Of a DNA stretch of 64,000 bases, positions 27,224-38,066 are shown piece by piece. Each line of letters starts with the position of its first letter. Within the stretch, counting starts at the first letter, position 1. This DNA comes from an uncultured Gemmatimonadota bacterium (GTDB lineage Bacteria; Gemmatimonadota; Gemmatimonadetes; Palauibacterales; Palauibacteraceae). The position numbers and the translations under genes are program-made. The notes under the pieces were generated by a model. The model was not told the DNA's origin. It did not search any database and saw nothing but the letters and a program-made list of their open reading frames with translations. The stretch spans positions 11,170-75,169 of the forward strand of contig CAJWLK010000011.1 of assembly GCA_913043255.1 (NCBI GenBank), in the 5' to 3' direction.

Positions 27224-29296
27224 TTGCCCAATCTGAAACACACACTACGGTTTGAATTTGTGAGCCAGATTTTCGATGCAGGGAGACGTCTACTCGGGCT
27301 GTTGTTCGTTGCACTTGTCGCTGTACCCGCATTTTTTGTACTCAACCCAGGAGAGGCTACTCCTGAGGATCTCATGCGTCGCGCAGGGGCCGAACAATGG
27401 GAATTTACCTGGGGCTTGGTCGCTGGGTGGTGGGCACCCATCGTCCTTTTGGCTAGTCTTGGCATTGCCCTAGTCACGCGTGGACGAATCTCCCGTGCGG
27501 TAGCCTTGCTAGGTTCACTTATCGCCCGTCCGCCCCGGTGGGTCGTAGCACCCATCATCGGAGGCATCGGGGCAGCACTCACTATATGGGCCTCGAAGTT
27601 TGTTTTTGATGGGCGAACAGTCGTGAACGATGCCAGTGTGCAGCTCATCCAGGCGCGTTATTTTGCTGCCGGACATCTATCAGGTCCACCGCTCGCTATG
27701 CCTGAGTTTTGGTCGATCCAGTTTATGATTCAAACGGCTGCCGGGTGGGTGTCGCAGTACCCACCTGCGCACGCCGCGGTGCTTGCAGTGGGGTTTGCCC
27801 TTGGTGCGCCCTGGGTTTCAATGACCATTGCGATGGCGGTCATGGGTTTTTGTCTGACCCTTTCGTTCGAGCGACTTCTTCCCGAGAGGATAGGTGTTGC
27901 ACGTCTTGCGGCACTTCTCAGCGTTTGTAGTCCGCTCCTGTTAGCACTCGCCGGGAGTTTGATGAACCATGCGACCGTTGCAGCCTTTGCTGCTGTCGCA
28001 CTCTATCTCGCGTTGCGAGCTGAGGATGGGACTGCACTCTGGTCTCTAGGCGCGGGTGCGGCGGTTGGGGCCATGGTGATGACACGTCCAGTCTCGGGCC
28101 TTGTGATAGGGGTAGTTGTAACAACAGGAATTTGGTTCACATCGATTAAGAGACATCGGCTATCAACCACGAAAGCCGAGATTGGCAAACAAGATTCGGT
28201 CAGTGGTCAGACTCCAAGCTACGGTTTGAATTGGACATGGCTTGGGAAGCGGATTGGTTGGTGGTCCTTAGGCGGCCTGCCGTTTGCGATCGCATTTGGC
28301 TGGTTTAATACGCGTTTTTTTGGAGCCCCCTTAAGGCTTGGATATGTGGCGGCCTCCGGGCCGAACCATGGCCTCGGATTTCACGAAGATCCATGGGGTC
28401 GTATGTATGGGGTAACACAGGCTATCGGATACACTTCCGCCGAGCTCGTTTCACTTGGACGTGAGCTTCTTGGAACCCCATTCCCGATAGTCGCACTTGT
28501 CGGTGTATTCCTGCTTTTTGCCCCCAAACTAACTCGGGGCGAGCGTATCTTTCTTGCTTGGGCTGCTTTGCCAGTTTTAGCAAGTGCGCTGTACTGGCAT
28601 CATGACCTCATCTTCGGACCACGTATGCTTGGTGAGGCCGTACCCGCTTGGTGTGCCATCTTTGTTCTGGCTGCCCTAGGACTTGGGCGTATTGTTCGTC
28701 TGCAGTGGTTTTCAGACTGGCTCGCACTCGTCTTACTCACGGTTCTCACCTTCGGAGCGTTACGTGGGGCGCCGGAGCGCTTATCCCGGCACTCAGCACG
28801 GTTGGCTCCGCGCGCAGTCGTCGATGTGTCAGGTCCATCGCTAGTCTTTGTTCACGAACCTTGGGCAGATCGCGTGGGTGGGATGCTAGCCGGTGGTGGG
28901 CTTCGGCTCGACAGTGTCCGGACACTACTCACCCGATTCCATCCGTGTCAGCTTCAGGCGTCGATGGCTGGTCTGCCCTTGTCCGAGATGAACCCGCGTT
29001 GTCAGCGTGATTTTGAATCAGATTCTCTTGGTTCTTTGGGGCTTACGAACTATCTATGGCTAGATGATCTGCCCGGCCTGCCGCCGAAGGGCCCACTCTG
29101 GGCTCGCGATCTTGGACCGGAGGAAAACGCACGTCTCATCGAGGTGTATCCAGACCGTTTTCCTCTCTTCCTGCTCCCCGATGGTGAAAGCGGAGACTGG
29201 AGCGTGGTACCATACGATCTTGGTATCAATACGTTATGGAGTCCGCTTCCCTCGACTCCAGTGTCCGATGAAACGGTAGGTGGTCCGGGGTCTTAA
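27224..29296 (+). CDS. Polytopic membrane protein, probable GT-C (ArnT/PMT-like) glycosyltransferase
   Basis: Many TM helices; D..V...QARYFAAG, SQYPP, MNH, TRP and FGPRM motifs; soluble C-terminal domain. Confidence 0.6.
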   Translation: MPNLKHTLRFEFVSQIFDAGRRLLGLLFVALVAVPAFFVLNPGEATPEDLMRRAGAEQWEFTWGLVAGWWAPIVLLASLGIALVTRGRISRAVALLGSLIARPPRWVVAPIIGGIGAALTIWASKFVFDGRTVVNDASVQLIQARYFAAGHLSGPPLAMPEFWSIQFMIQTAAGWVSQYPPAHAAVLAVGFALGAPWVSMTIAMAVMGFCLTLSFERLLPERIGVARLAALLSVCSPLLLALAGSLMNHATVAAFAAVALYLALRAEDGTALWSLGAGAAVGAMVMTRPVSGLVIGVVVTTGIWFTSIKRHRLSTTKAEIGKQDSVSGQTPSYGLNWTWLGKRIGWWSLGGLPFAIAFGWFNTRFFGAPLRLGYVAASGPNHGLGFHEDPWGRMYGVTQAIGYTSAELVSLGRELLGTPFPIVALVGVFLLFAPKLTRGERIFLAWAALPVLASALYWHHDLIFGPRMLGEAVPAWCAIFVLAALGLGRIVRLQWFSDWLALVLLTVLTFGALRGAPERLSRHSARLAPRAVVDVSGPSLVFVHEPWADRVGGMLAGGGLRLDSVRTLLTRFHPCQLQASMAGLPLSEMNPRCQRDFESDSLGSLGLTNYLWLDDLPGLPPKGPLWARDLGPEENARLIEVYPDRFPLFLLPDGESGDWSVVPYDLGINTLWSPLPSTPVSDETVGGPGS

Positions 29297-29317
29297 GATT
29301 GGTTTCTGACCTTCGGA

Positions 29318-30322
29318 TTAGTCTGCAGAGAACGAGGTGTCGAAGGCTCTATTTGTAGGTGCTAATGACATTGCCCGGACCTGCTCACAGGCTTCGCGGG
29401 CGCCATATTCTCGATCCAATCCGCTGTCCTCCCATTCGATTGATAGGGGCCCAGCGTAACCAATTCGGTTGAGCGCTCGCATGATCTCCTCAAAGTCGAC
29501 CCGCCCTCGCCCGATGGACCGGAAGTCCCACGCGCGATCGACGTGTCCGAATTCAAGGTGCCCCCCGAACGTTCCTGATCGCGTGGGCACGTCGGACCAC
29601 CATACGTCCTTCATGTGGACATGGTAGATGCGGTCCGCAAAATCATATAGGAACTGGATGTAATCCACGCCCTGATAAGCAAGGTGGCTTGGATCATAAT
29701 TGAAGCCGAACGTTTCCCGGTGAGAGACGGCCTCGAGCGCCCGTTCTGCGGTCGACAAATCAAAAGCAATCTCAGTGGGGTGTGCCTCCAGCGCGAATTT
29801 TACCCCAGCCTCATCAAACGCGTCGAGGATGGGGTTCCACCGGTCGGCGAACTCCTGGAACCCGGCATCAACATATCCGGCTGTATGCGGTGGAAAGGCG
29901 TATGCTGCAGCCCAGATGGGACTCCCAGTGAAACCTGTAACGACGGGCACTCCAAGCTTTGCCGCTGCCTCCGCTGTCCTCTGCATTTCACTTGCTGCGC
30001 GTGTCCGTACTCCCTCTGGGTCGCCATCGCCCCAGACTCGATCTGGTAGGAGAGGTTGGTGACGTTCATCGATGGGGTCACACACTGCCTGCCCGACGAG
30101 GTGATTTGAAATCGCATGGACGCTCAGTCCATGTGCAGATAGCAGGTTGCGCTGATTTTCAACGTACTCCTTCTCTTGTGTCGCGCGGACTACATCGAAG
30201 TGATCCCCCCAACACGCAAGTTCGAGGCCGTCGTATCCCCAGGCTGCCGATTTTTCAACGAGTGTTTGTAGAGAAAGATCAGCCCATTGGCCAGTGAAAA
30301 GCGTTATTGGTCTTCCGATCAT
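29318..30322 (-). CDS. Sugar phosphate isomerase/epimerase (xylose-isomerase-like TIM barrel)
   Basis: [39 protein letters not shown] metal motifs. Confidence 0.9.
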   Translation of the reverse strand: MIGRPITLFTGQWADLSLQTLVEKSAAWGYDGLELACWGDHFDVVRATQEKEYVENQRNLLSAHGLSVHAISNHLVGQAVCDPIDERHQPLLPDRVWGDGDPEGVRTRAASEMQRTAEAAAKLGVPVVTGFTGSPIWAAAYAFPPHTAGYVDAGFQEFADRWNPILDAFDEAGVKFALEAHPTEIAFDLSTAERALEAVSHRETFGFNYDPSHLAYQGVDYIQFLYDFADRIYHVHMKDVWWSDVPTRSGTFGGHLEFGHVDRAWDFRSIGRGRVDFEEIMRALNRIGYAGPLSIEWEDSGLDREYGAREACEQVRAMSLAPTNRAFDTSFSAD

Positions 30323-31479
30323 TGAGAGGGCTCCTGCGGTGGTGTGTAGCGTGCATCAACCCAGCCACCTGATCGTGTGCTCTCCAGCGCCCGTTCGATC
30401 AAGTGAACTCCCCTTGCCCCATCCCACACGGTTGGAAAGTCGAGGTCGGCTATTGAGGGATGATCCCCAGCCTTTTGCGCTTCGATTGTCCGTACTGCGT
30501 TTTGGTACAAGTTCGCAAAGCCTTCAATAAAGCCTTCGGGATGCCCTGGTGGGAGACGTGAGTAGCGCTGGGCCATTTCACTAAGCTCCGCGGTGCCCCG
30601 TCGAGAAATCGTCGTAATATCGTCAATCTTGAGCATCAACGTCTCTGGTTCTTCCTGTCTCCATGCGATCGAACCTTCAGTCCCATAGACGCGTAACGTG
30701 AGGCCATTCTCTTCACCGTAGGCAATCTGTGATGCTATGAGTGTTCCTCGCGCGCCATCACTCCACCGAAGAAGCAGGCTCGCATCATCATCAAGTTCTC
30801 GTCCTTCAACAAATGTAGTCAGATCTGCGTATAGCTCTTCGACCTCTAGGCCGGTCACATAGCGGGCAAGGTTATGGGCATGGGTCCCGATGTCTCCTAA
30901 TGCCCCTGCGATGCCAGCTTGAGTCGGGTTGGTACGCCAAACGGCTTGCCGTTGTCCTGTTTGTTCGAGAGGAGTAGAGAGCCATCCCTGTATGTATTCG
31001 ACTTGGATACGACGAATCCGGCCTAGTCGTCCTTCACGGACCAGCTGGCGGGCTTCTTTAATCATCGGGTACCCTGTGTAGTTATGTGTAACTACGAATA
31101 CAGATCTGCCCTCTGCTACCACACGGCATAGTTCCTCGGCATCCTCCAGGGTGGTCGTGAGGGGCTTGTCGCAGACTACGTGAAACCCTGCTTCGAGAAA
31201 TACGCGAGCGATATCGAAGTGTAAGTGATTAGGAGTGACGATCACCACGAAGTCGATGCCATCCTCACGGGCCGCCTCAGCTTGAGCCATCTCTTGATAG
31301 GTCCCATAGATTCGGTTGGGATCAAGGCCCAGCTCATGCCCTTTGGTTTTTGACTTTGCAGGATCGGATGAGAACGCGCCAGCCACGAGATGGGCCTGTC
31401 CATCCAGGCTGGCAGCCATCAGGTGTACTTCCCCTATGAAGGAGCCTGGACCGCCCCCTACCATTCCAAAGCGCAGCAT
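30319..31479 (-). CDS. Gfo/Idh/MocA-family NAD(P) oxidoreductase
   Basis: [24 protein letters not shown]; 4-nt overlap with the downstream gene. Confidence 0.92.
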   Translation of the reverse strand: MLRFGMVGGGPGSFIGEVHLMAASLDGQAHLVAGAFSSDPAKSKTKGHELGLDPNRIYGTYQEMAQAEAAREDGIDFVVIVTPNHLHFDIARVFLEAGFHVVCDKPLTTTLEDAEELCRVVAEGRSVFVVTHNYTGYPMIKEARQLVREGRLGRIRRIQVEYIQGWLSTPLEQTGQRQAVWRTNPTQAGIAGALGDIGTHAHNLARYVTGLEVEELYADLTTFVEGRELDDDASLLLRWSDGARGTLIASQIAYGEENGLTLRVYGTEGSIAWRQEEPETLMLKIDDITTISRRGTAELSEMAQRYSRLPPGHPEGFIEGFANLYQNAVRTIEAQKAGDHPSIADLDFPTVWDGARGVHLIERALESTRSGGWVDARYTPPQEPSQ

Positions 31480-31486
31480 GTTGTAA

Positions 31487-32956
31487 CTACACTCCTTCTT
31501 CGATACGGGTCGCGCGGTACCCGCCCGTCCGTCGGTCCTGTACGAAGAGCAACCCGAAGATGAGAATCAGTGCGCCCGTGAATGGGAGGATGTACCGGAA
31601 AGAGGCACGCCCACCATAGTTTTCTGAAGGTCCAAGGATGGCACCAGCGCGTTTGACAAGATCGTCTGGACCGCCTGAGTTGAGAATGGCCCGGAGTGCA
31701 TTGGCGGTCACCAGTTCTGGCAGTGCTCCATCTACACTCATGCGCGCCATTATATCTTCAACCGCAAAACTGGCTGCGGCCAAATCCGAGTCGTTCGTTT
31801 CATTGGGTGAGGGGAATACAGCCTCAACGTCGTGTAAAAGTTCGGTTGTCTCAGCCAACGGGAGTTGTTCGTGCCCTAGTTCGTCTGCAATTCGACCCAT
31901 CCACGGTGTTGTAATAAGGCCCACGCTTGCCATACCGACGGCGCCCATAAGCCCAAGTCCGAGTGCGCCAGAGCGGGGTATGCGTTCTGAAACGAAGCCA
32001 AGCATGGTCGGCCAAAAATAGCAAATTCCAACAGCAAAAATTGTGGCAGATGTAAACGCGACCAAAGTCGTTCCAGCGTAACTAAGCCATAAGAGACCAA
32101 AGAAAGACACAACTGCGCTGGACAGGAGGATGCCGGTGGGGGAGAACCGTTTTACTGCGAAACTTGCCTTGTACCGAAGCACCGCCATAATCCCGTTGAT
32201 CCAAGCGAGGACAAGGATGCCAGGGATCCCGCCCGCCTCCAGTACAGGTGGAACCCATCGGTTCGGTCCCAGTTCAGTCGAGGCCGTGATCACCATGCAA
32301 AATAGCATGAGTAGCATTAGCGGGGTCGTGAGTGTTGCCCGAAACATCTCCCGCATACTCACACCAGCCTGGACTCCTTCCGTGGATGGGAATGTCTCGC
32401 GCCGGATGAGCCACCCGTATGTGAGCGTAGGCAGGATGATCAAACAAACCTTTAGTTGCCACGCATCAAGTCCGATCTGATCGAGCGCGTAGGCAAGTAC
32501 AGATCCGATTACAATTCCTCCGGGGAACCACATATGGAACTGATTTAGTTTGACCGTTTTGTTGTCAGGGTAAAGCGTTGCCACAAGTGGGTTACACGCA
32601 GCTTCGACTAGGCCGTTACCCAGCGCGAGCGTCAGCGCCCCAAAGAACAACGGCCAGAAACCGCCCGAGAAGACGAGAATTATTGCACCTGCGAGGTGAC
32701 ATAGGAATGCCAATCGGAGCAGCCGGCGCATACCGATCGTGTCGCAGAAGGGGGCAAACAGGAGTTGTGATACCGCGAAACCCCAGAGGCCGGCGCCACC
32801 GATCCACCCGATCTCAAGATTTGACAGCGTGAACTCACGCTTGAGCGTGAGCATGATCGCACCGATGACGGCAAACGTCACCGAAGTGGCGACCAATGAG
32901 ACACAGCTTGCGACGAACAAGCGTTGAGGCCGGACTCGTCCTGTAGCTACTTGCAA
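31487..32956 (-). CDS. MFS transporter (probable sugar/glycoside)
   Basis: About 12 TM helices; GNGLVEAACNPLVATLYP, GICYFWPTMLG; TTG start after AGGAG. Confidence 0.88.
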   Translation of the reverse strand: MQVATGRVRPQRLFVASCVSLVATSVTFAVIGAIMLTLKREFTLSNLEIGWIGGAGLWGFAVSQLLFAPFCDTIGMRRLLRLAFLCHLAGAIILVFSGGFWPLFFGALTLALGNGLVEAACNPLVATLYPDNKTVKLNQFHMWFPGGIVIGSVLAYALDQIGLDAWQLKVCLIILPTLTYGWLIRRETFPSTEGVQAGVSMREMFRATLTTPLMLLMLFCMVITASTELGPNRWVPPVLEAGGIPGILVLAWINGIMAVLRYKASFAVKRFSPTGILLSSAVVSFFGLLWLSYAGTTLVAFTSATIFAVGICYFWPTMLGFVSERIPRSGALGLGLMGAVGMASVGLITTPWMGRIADELGHEQLPLAETTELLHDVEAVFPSPNETNDSDLAAASFAVEDIMARMSVDGALPELVTANALRAILNSGGPDDLVKRAGAILGPSENYGGRASFRYILPFTGALILIFGLLFVQDRRTGGYRATRIEEGV

Positions 32957-33102
32957 TTGAACTCCTGATTAAAGTCCAACGCCACGCTAGCTCGCGGTCA
33001 CAAAGGTCCGCAACGGCCGCGTTGTTCTCGTCTAACTATGTACTCTACCAGATCTTAAGGGAAAGTAACTATGTTTCGTGTGGTTCTAATCAGGAGGATA
33101 CC

Positions 33103-35454
33103 ATGAAACAACTCGCTTTGATTGTCTCCATACTCGTGATGTTCACAGCTGAAAACTTGTCGAGCCAAACCACGACGGCGTATTCGCCGGATGCTCTGAC
33201 CACAAGTGATTACGCTCGTGCTGAGCAGTTTGTCTACTGGAACGCCGAGAAGTTGACAGCTGGGACATCGGTACAACCGAAGTGGGTTGATGACAACCGG
33301 TTTTGGTATCGAAACCAAGTTTTCGGCGGACATGAGTTCATTATGGTCGATGCGGGTGCCCGTACACGACGACCGGTCTTTGATCATGACCAACTGGCAG
33401 CAGCATTGTCAGAGGCAGGAGAGGAGAACTACGAGGCTGGGCACCTTCCCTTCGACGAATTCGAGTTTACAAGCTCAGGCGAGATCCAGTTTTGGACCGA
33501 TACTTTCGAGCGCTGGCAGTGCGATATCCTGTCCTATAGCTGCAGTGGCCCCGATTCGGTAGCGCGGGTTACGGATGAAATAAAATCAAACGATGGTGCG
33601 CACACAGCGTTTTCACGCGGCGAAAACCTTTGGGTACGAGACACGTCAACGGATGAAGAACGTCAACTGTCACAGGGCGGAGAGCTTCACTACGGCTATG
33701 GCGTCGTTCCTGAGGGGTGCTGCTCAGAGATTACAAACCGGCGTAGCGGGTACAAGCCTGCACCGGTCCTGCAGTGGTCGCCCAACGGACGTCGAATCGC
33801 GACTCACCGCTATGACGAGCGTGACATAAAGGATCTCCACTTGCTTGAGGCGGCTGTCGGACGGCCGATTCTTCATAGTTATCGGTATGCGATGCCGGGG
33901 GATTCAGTGATACCTCAGTGGGAGCTTTACGTGTTCGATGTCGAAACTGGTGAAGGGGTGCGCGCCGATCGTGCTCCCATGGTGGCGCGGTCTATTGGTC
34001 GCGGGAATGATAATGCCGGACCGGTTTGGACGAACGTTCAGTGGAGTTCGGATGGTGAGCGCGTCTTTTTTGTAGATGGGACGCGTGATTACAAGACTCA
34101 AACACTAATGGAGATGGATGCCTCCACTGGAGTTGCCCGGTCCGTAATTGTCGAAAATGGGGATACATACGTTGAACTCAACCAGCTCACTTCACTCACA
34201 CCGAACTGGCAGGTGCTTGATAACGGCCGTGAAGTTGTGTGGTTCTCAGAACGTGATGGTTGGGGACACCTATATTTGTACAATGTAGAAAATGGTCAAC
34301 TCAAGAATCAGATTACGAGCGGTTCTTGGCTTGTGCTCGACTTGCTTTACGTCGACGACGAATCCCGTCAGGTCTACTTCACAGCCGTCGGTCGTGAACC
34401 GGATCGGGATCCTTATACTCGGCATCTGTACCGAGCTTCGATTGATGGTGGTGGGGTTACACTTCTTACGCCTGAGGATATGGATCATGAGGTGAGCGTG
34501 TCGCCGGGGGGACGGTTCTTCGTAGATACGTATTCCCTGCGCTCTGAGGCTCCGATGACCGTTCTCAGAGATGCCGAGGGTCGTGTTCTAATGACTATCG
34601 AGGAAGCCGATATCGATCCGCTCCTTGAGGCTGGTTGGGAACCTCCCGTTCGTTTTGTTGCGAAGGCACGTGACGGCGTGACCGATGTGTATGGATACCT
34701 CTGGCTCCCGCCGGACCGGGAAGAGGGGATGCGCTATCCGATCATCGACTACGTTTACCCAGGCCCACAAATAGGGCCCATTAGGTCGCCCGGGTTCACA
34801 ACTGGGCCCCGAGGGCAGGGACATGCGTTTGCAGAACTCGGGTTTGTTGCCTTTTCAGTTGACGCGATGGGCACACCATTTCGGTCAAAGGCATTTCATG
34901 ACAGCTACTATGAGGATATGGGAGATAATGGCATCCCAGATCATATTTCAGCACTCAAAGAGTTGGCGCTCACATATCCGGTCGACCTGGATCGTGTCGG
35001 TATTTTCGGGCACTCAGGGGGCGGCTTCGCTTCCACGGACGCCATTCTTAGGCATCCAGACTTTTTCAAGGTGGCTGTTTCGGGCGCAGGGAACCATGAT
35101 CAGCGTGGTTACAGTTCGAGGTGGGGTGAGAAGTACCAGGGCCTGCTAACCCACAACGGCGATGGTACCGACAGCTTCGACTCGCAGGCGAACCAAAACC
35201 TGGCTGCAAATCTGAAGGGAAAGCTGTTACTACATTATGGGACGCTCGACGATAACGTCCATCCAAATATGACCATCGTGGTGGCAAACGAACTCATGAA
35301 GCATAACAAAGATTTTGATATGCTCGTGTTTCCGAATCGAAATCATGGATATGCCCGTGAACCCTATCTGATCCGGCGAACGTGGGACTATTTCGTAGAG
35401 CATCTCATGGGATCAAAGCCGCCACGAGAATACAAGTTAGACCAGCCCAACTGA
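33103..35454 (+). CDS. S9B dipeptidyl-peptidase IV-like serine peptidase
   Basis: ATG 33103 after AGGAGG; signal peptide; beta-propeller region; YPGPQ, GHSGGG nucleophile motif, DDNVHP, NRNHG. Confidence 0.9.
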   Translation: MKQLALIVSILVMFTAENLSSQTTTAYSPDALTTSDYARAEQFVYWNAEKLTAGTSVQPKWVDDNRFWYRNQVFGGHEFIMVDAGARTRRPVFDHDQLAAALSEAGEENYEAGHLPFDEFEFTSSGEIQFWTDTFERWQCDILSYSCSGPDSVARVTDEIKSNDGAHTAFSRGENLWVRDTSTDEERQLSQGGELHYGYGVVPEGCCSEITNRRSGYKPAPVLQWSPNGRRIATHRYDERDIKDLHLLEAAVGRPILHSYRYAMPGDSVIPQWELYVFDVETGEGVRADRAPMVARSIGRGNDNAGPVWTNVQWSSDGERVFFVDGTRDYKTQTLMEMDASTGVARSVIVENGDTYVELNQLTSLTPNWQVLDNGREVVWFSERDGWGHLYLYNVENGQLKNQITSGSWLVLDLLYVDDESRQVYFTAVGREPDRDPYTRHLYRASIDGGGVTLLTPEDMDHEVSVSPGGRFFVDTYSLRSEAPMTVLRDAEGRVLMTIEEADIDPLLEAGWEPPVRFVAKARDGVTDVYGYLWLPPDREEGMRYPIIDYVYPGPQIGPIRSPGFTTGPRGQGHAFAELGFVAFSVDAMGTPFRSKAFHDSYYEDMGDNGIPDHISALKELALTYPVDLDRVGIFGHSGGGFASTDAILRHPDFFKVAVSGAGNHDQRGYSSRWGEKYQGLLTHNGDGTDSFDSQANQNLAANLKGKLLLHYGTLDDNVHPNMTIVVANELMKHNKDFDMLVFPNRNHGYAREPYLIRRTWDYFVEHLMGSKPPREYKLDQPN

Positions 35455-35561
35455 GTCCGATGCGGTTCGCTCAAACGGGGTTCCAAGTTCCTCCACCTTG
35501 TCGAGGTCCGAGAACCCGCGCACGTTCAGGCGGACGTTTCGGAAACTGACCGGAGGACTCT

Positions 35562-37073
35562 ATGCAGTGCGTGAAAAATCGAACACTATCGATAATCTCG
35601 TCTTTGCTACTTACGGGATTGATTGCTTGTGGACCTCAAGAGTTTATGGATGCCAGGGGCGCGTCCGATGACGATCCCATGGCAGCCGTCATTGCACGCG
35701 GCGAATCCCTTGAACTTCCAACCCAGTGGGATCCGCCTCCTGGAGAGCCGATTGTTCATCACACGTCCGGGTTCGCGAAGACGTTGTGCTCGGCTGTCTT
35801 TATTACAGGTCTCGATTGGCGTGATGCTGCGGCGAACGTAGGTGGTTTCACCAGTCCCTTCGATCAGCGATCTGCAGTGGTCGATACGGTGGTGGACTTC
35901 GATAACAAGAGCGTGAGCCTGACACTCGGGTCAGGGATCGTGCGTTCCGCCAAGCTATACGGAAGCCAAGGTTGTATTACGCACCCGCTGGGAGAGGACT
36001 CCATCTATTTCGAACCCTCTGTTGTCGAGCCAATGACCCCGAATCCAGAGACGACCTTGTGGCCAATGGGTGACGTTTTACCCGATAGTCCTGCCCCATC
36101 CGAAATCGATATGGCCAAAGTCAATGAGGCTGTCGAGATCGCGATGGATCAGGAAGGAAAGACACTTGGCTTTGTAGTCACATATAAGGGTCGCATTATC
36201 GGGGAGGATTACGGGCCAGGTGTCGATATGCATACGCCCTTCGAGAGTTGGTCGATGGGTAAGTCGCTTACAGGGACGCTGATGGCTGTGCTCATTCAGC
36301 AGGGTGTCTACGACCTCTGGCAACCTGCTCCGATACCGGAATGGCAGGGAGATGCCCGAAGCGAAATCCGTATTGCCGACATCATGAGGATGTCGAGTGG
36401 AATCCGGATTGTAGCGCCCGGCGATCCTGACTACACACCCGAGATGGGATACCCTGACCACCTTTACCTCTACACGGGATACAATGCGTTTGAGTGGGCG
36501 TCAACGCGTCCACAGCAGTGGGAGCCCAATACGGTTGGGCGATATCGGAACACCGACCCAGCGCTCACTAATTATCTTACCCGACTCGCTGTCGAGGGGC
36601 GTGGTGAGAATTATCATGCGTTTCCCCAGCGTCACCTGTTCGACAAGCTCGGAATCCGACACCTCATCATGGAGACGGACCCGAACGGAAACTTCCTAAC
36701 TCAAGGGTATGAATTCGGTTCCGCGCGCGATTGGACACGACTGGGCAATCTGTACCTTCAGGATGGGGTGTGGGAGGGAGAGCGCATCTTGCCTGAAGGA
36801 TACGTGGATTACGCGTTTGAGGTTGCTCCAGCTTGGAAAGATGACGGACGACCTGTGTATGGGGGAGGTTTCCTCTGGAAAGACCTCGGTTTCCCGATTG
36901 AAGACGATTATGGTGCGTTTGCCGGTGCCGGAGGACAGTACACAGTCATTATTCCGGCTCGAGGTCTCGTCATTGCACGCTTAGGTAAATATACAGGGTC
37001 AGGACCTGGTGGTCGCAATCTGAACGCGGCTATTTCTCTATTGATGGAAGCGGTTCCGCAGATCGAGGATTGA
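35562..37073 (+). CDS. Beta-lactamase-fold serine hydrolase lipoprotein
   Basis: Lipobox LIAC; SMGK (SxxK), MRMSSG, YRN, ARDWTRLG.LYL.DG, GAGGQ. Confidence 0.85.
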   Translation: MQCVKNRTLSIISSLLLTGLIACGPQEFMDARGASDDDPMAAVIARGESLELPTQWDPPPGEPIVHHTSGFAKTLCSAVFITGLDWRDAAANVGGFTSPFDQRSAVVDTVVDFDNKSVSLTLGSGIVRSAKLYGSQGCITHPLGEDSIYFEPSVVEPMTPNPETTLWPMGDVLPDSPAPSEIDMAKVNEAVEIAMDQEGKTLGFVVTYKGRIIGEDYGPGVDMHTPFESWSMGKSLTGTLMAVLIQQGVYDLWQPAPIPEWQGDARSEIRIADIMRMSSGIRIVAPGDPDYTPEMGYPDHLYLYTGYNAFEWASTRPQQWEPNTVGRYRNTDPALTNYLTRLAVEGRGENYHAFPQRHLFDKLGIRHLIMETDPNGNFLTQGYEFGSARDWTRLGNLYLQDGVWEGERILPEGYVDYAFEVAPAWKDDGRPVYGGGFLWKDLGFPIEDDYGAFAGAGGQYTVIIPARGLVIARLGKYTGSGPGGRNLNAAISLLMEAVPQIED

Positions 37074-37076
37074 ACC

Positions 37077-37955
37077 TCATACAAGTGCCTCGGCTAGTCG
37101 GTCGGCTTGGTGAGCCAGGTCGACCGAATCGAGCACTTGGGCGACCAATGGGAAGCTTGTGTGGGCCCCCTTCCACTCCAGTTCGTCCACATTCATGGAA
37201 ACTGGTGCGTCAGTGACGAGTGTCGCGAGTTGACGAAATAGGATGGCATCCTCGATTTGCTCAGAAAGTCGAATGGCGAGACGTTCCGAACTGCGCACTG
37301 AAACAACCCAGTCCTTTCCCTCTGGTGGGATGTTTTCGATCCGAGCGTAACAGGAAAGAAGTGCCGCTGAGGTTTTGGCACCAAACCCCTTAATCCCTGG
37401 GAAGCCGTCCGCAGTATCTCCCACCAGTGCAAGCCAATCTGGGATTGCGCCCGGACCTACTCCGAACTTGTCGATCACACCGGTTTCATTCCTAAGAATC
37501 CGTTGTCTTCGGTCGAATTGAACAACGCGATCGCCGACTACGCATTGAGCGAGATCCTTGTCAGGGGTGCAGATGAGTACTTGGTCTACACGCTCGTCAT
37601 CCGATGCCATCGTAGCACCGGATGCCATTCCATCATCTGCCTCATACTCCACCATCCGCCATACGACAAATCCGGCTGCTTCTAGTGCTTCTTCGACTAA
37701 GGGGAACTGCGAAAGGAGCGCTGGATCAATCGTGGATCCATCCTTATAGCCGGGCCAGAGTTTATTCCGAAACGACTCAATCACGTGGTCGGTGGCTACG
37801 GCGATGTGGGTAGCTCCTGATTCGACGAGCCGCAACATTGACCCGACTACACCACGGGCCGCGGCGACCTCATGCCCGCCCGCGTTCTTTGCTGAGGGCA
37901 TGGCATAGAAGTGTCGAAACAACTCATACGTTCCGTCGACCAGGTGTACGTTCAT
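37077..37955 (-). CDS. Stand-alone 5'-3' exonuclease / flap endonuclease
   Basis: LVDGTYELFR, FRN...GYK, EADD, DKDLAQ, LVGDTADGFPGIKGFGAKT (H3TH). Confidence 0.9.
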   Translation of the reverse strand: MNVHLVDGTYELFRHFYAMPSAKNAGGHEVAAARGVVGSMLRLVESGATHIAVATDHVIESFRNKLWPGYKDGSTIDPALLSQFPLVEEALEAAGFVVWRMVEYEADDGMASGATMASDDERVDQVLICTPDKDLAQCVVGDRVVQFDRRQRILRNETGVIDKFGVGPGAIPDWLALVGDTADGFPGIKGFGAKTSAALLSCYARIENIPPEGKDWVVSVRSSERLAIRLSEQIEDAILFRQLATLVTDAPVSMNVDELEWKGAHTSFPLVAQVLDSVDLAHQADRLAEALV

Positions 37956-38066
37956 CTAGCAATGTTCCGATCACTATCCTGCCACACCATATCCTCTATT
38001 CCACTGTCTCTAGGCTTCGACGTCTGTCCTTTATAAGCGACTTTTGCGTACAAGGTGTGGTTTTGA

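Noticed and set aside
35562..37073. Beta-lactam resistance gene
   Set aside because: The SxxK fold is shared by many esterases and amidases; nothing here specifically indicates a beta-lactamase.
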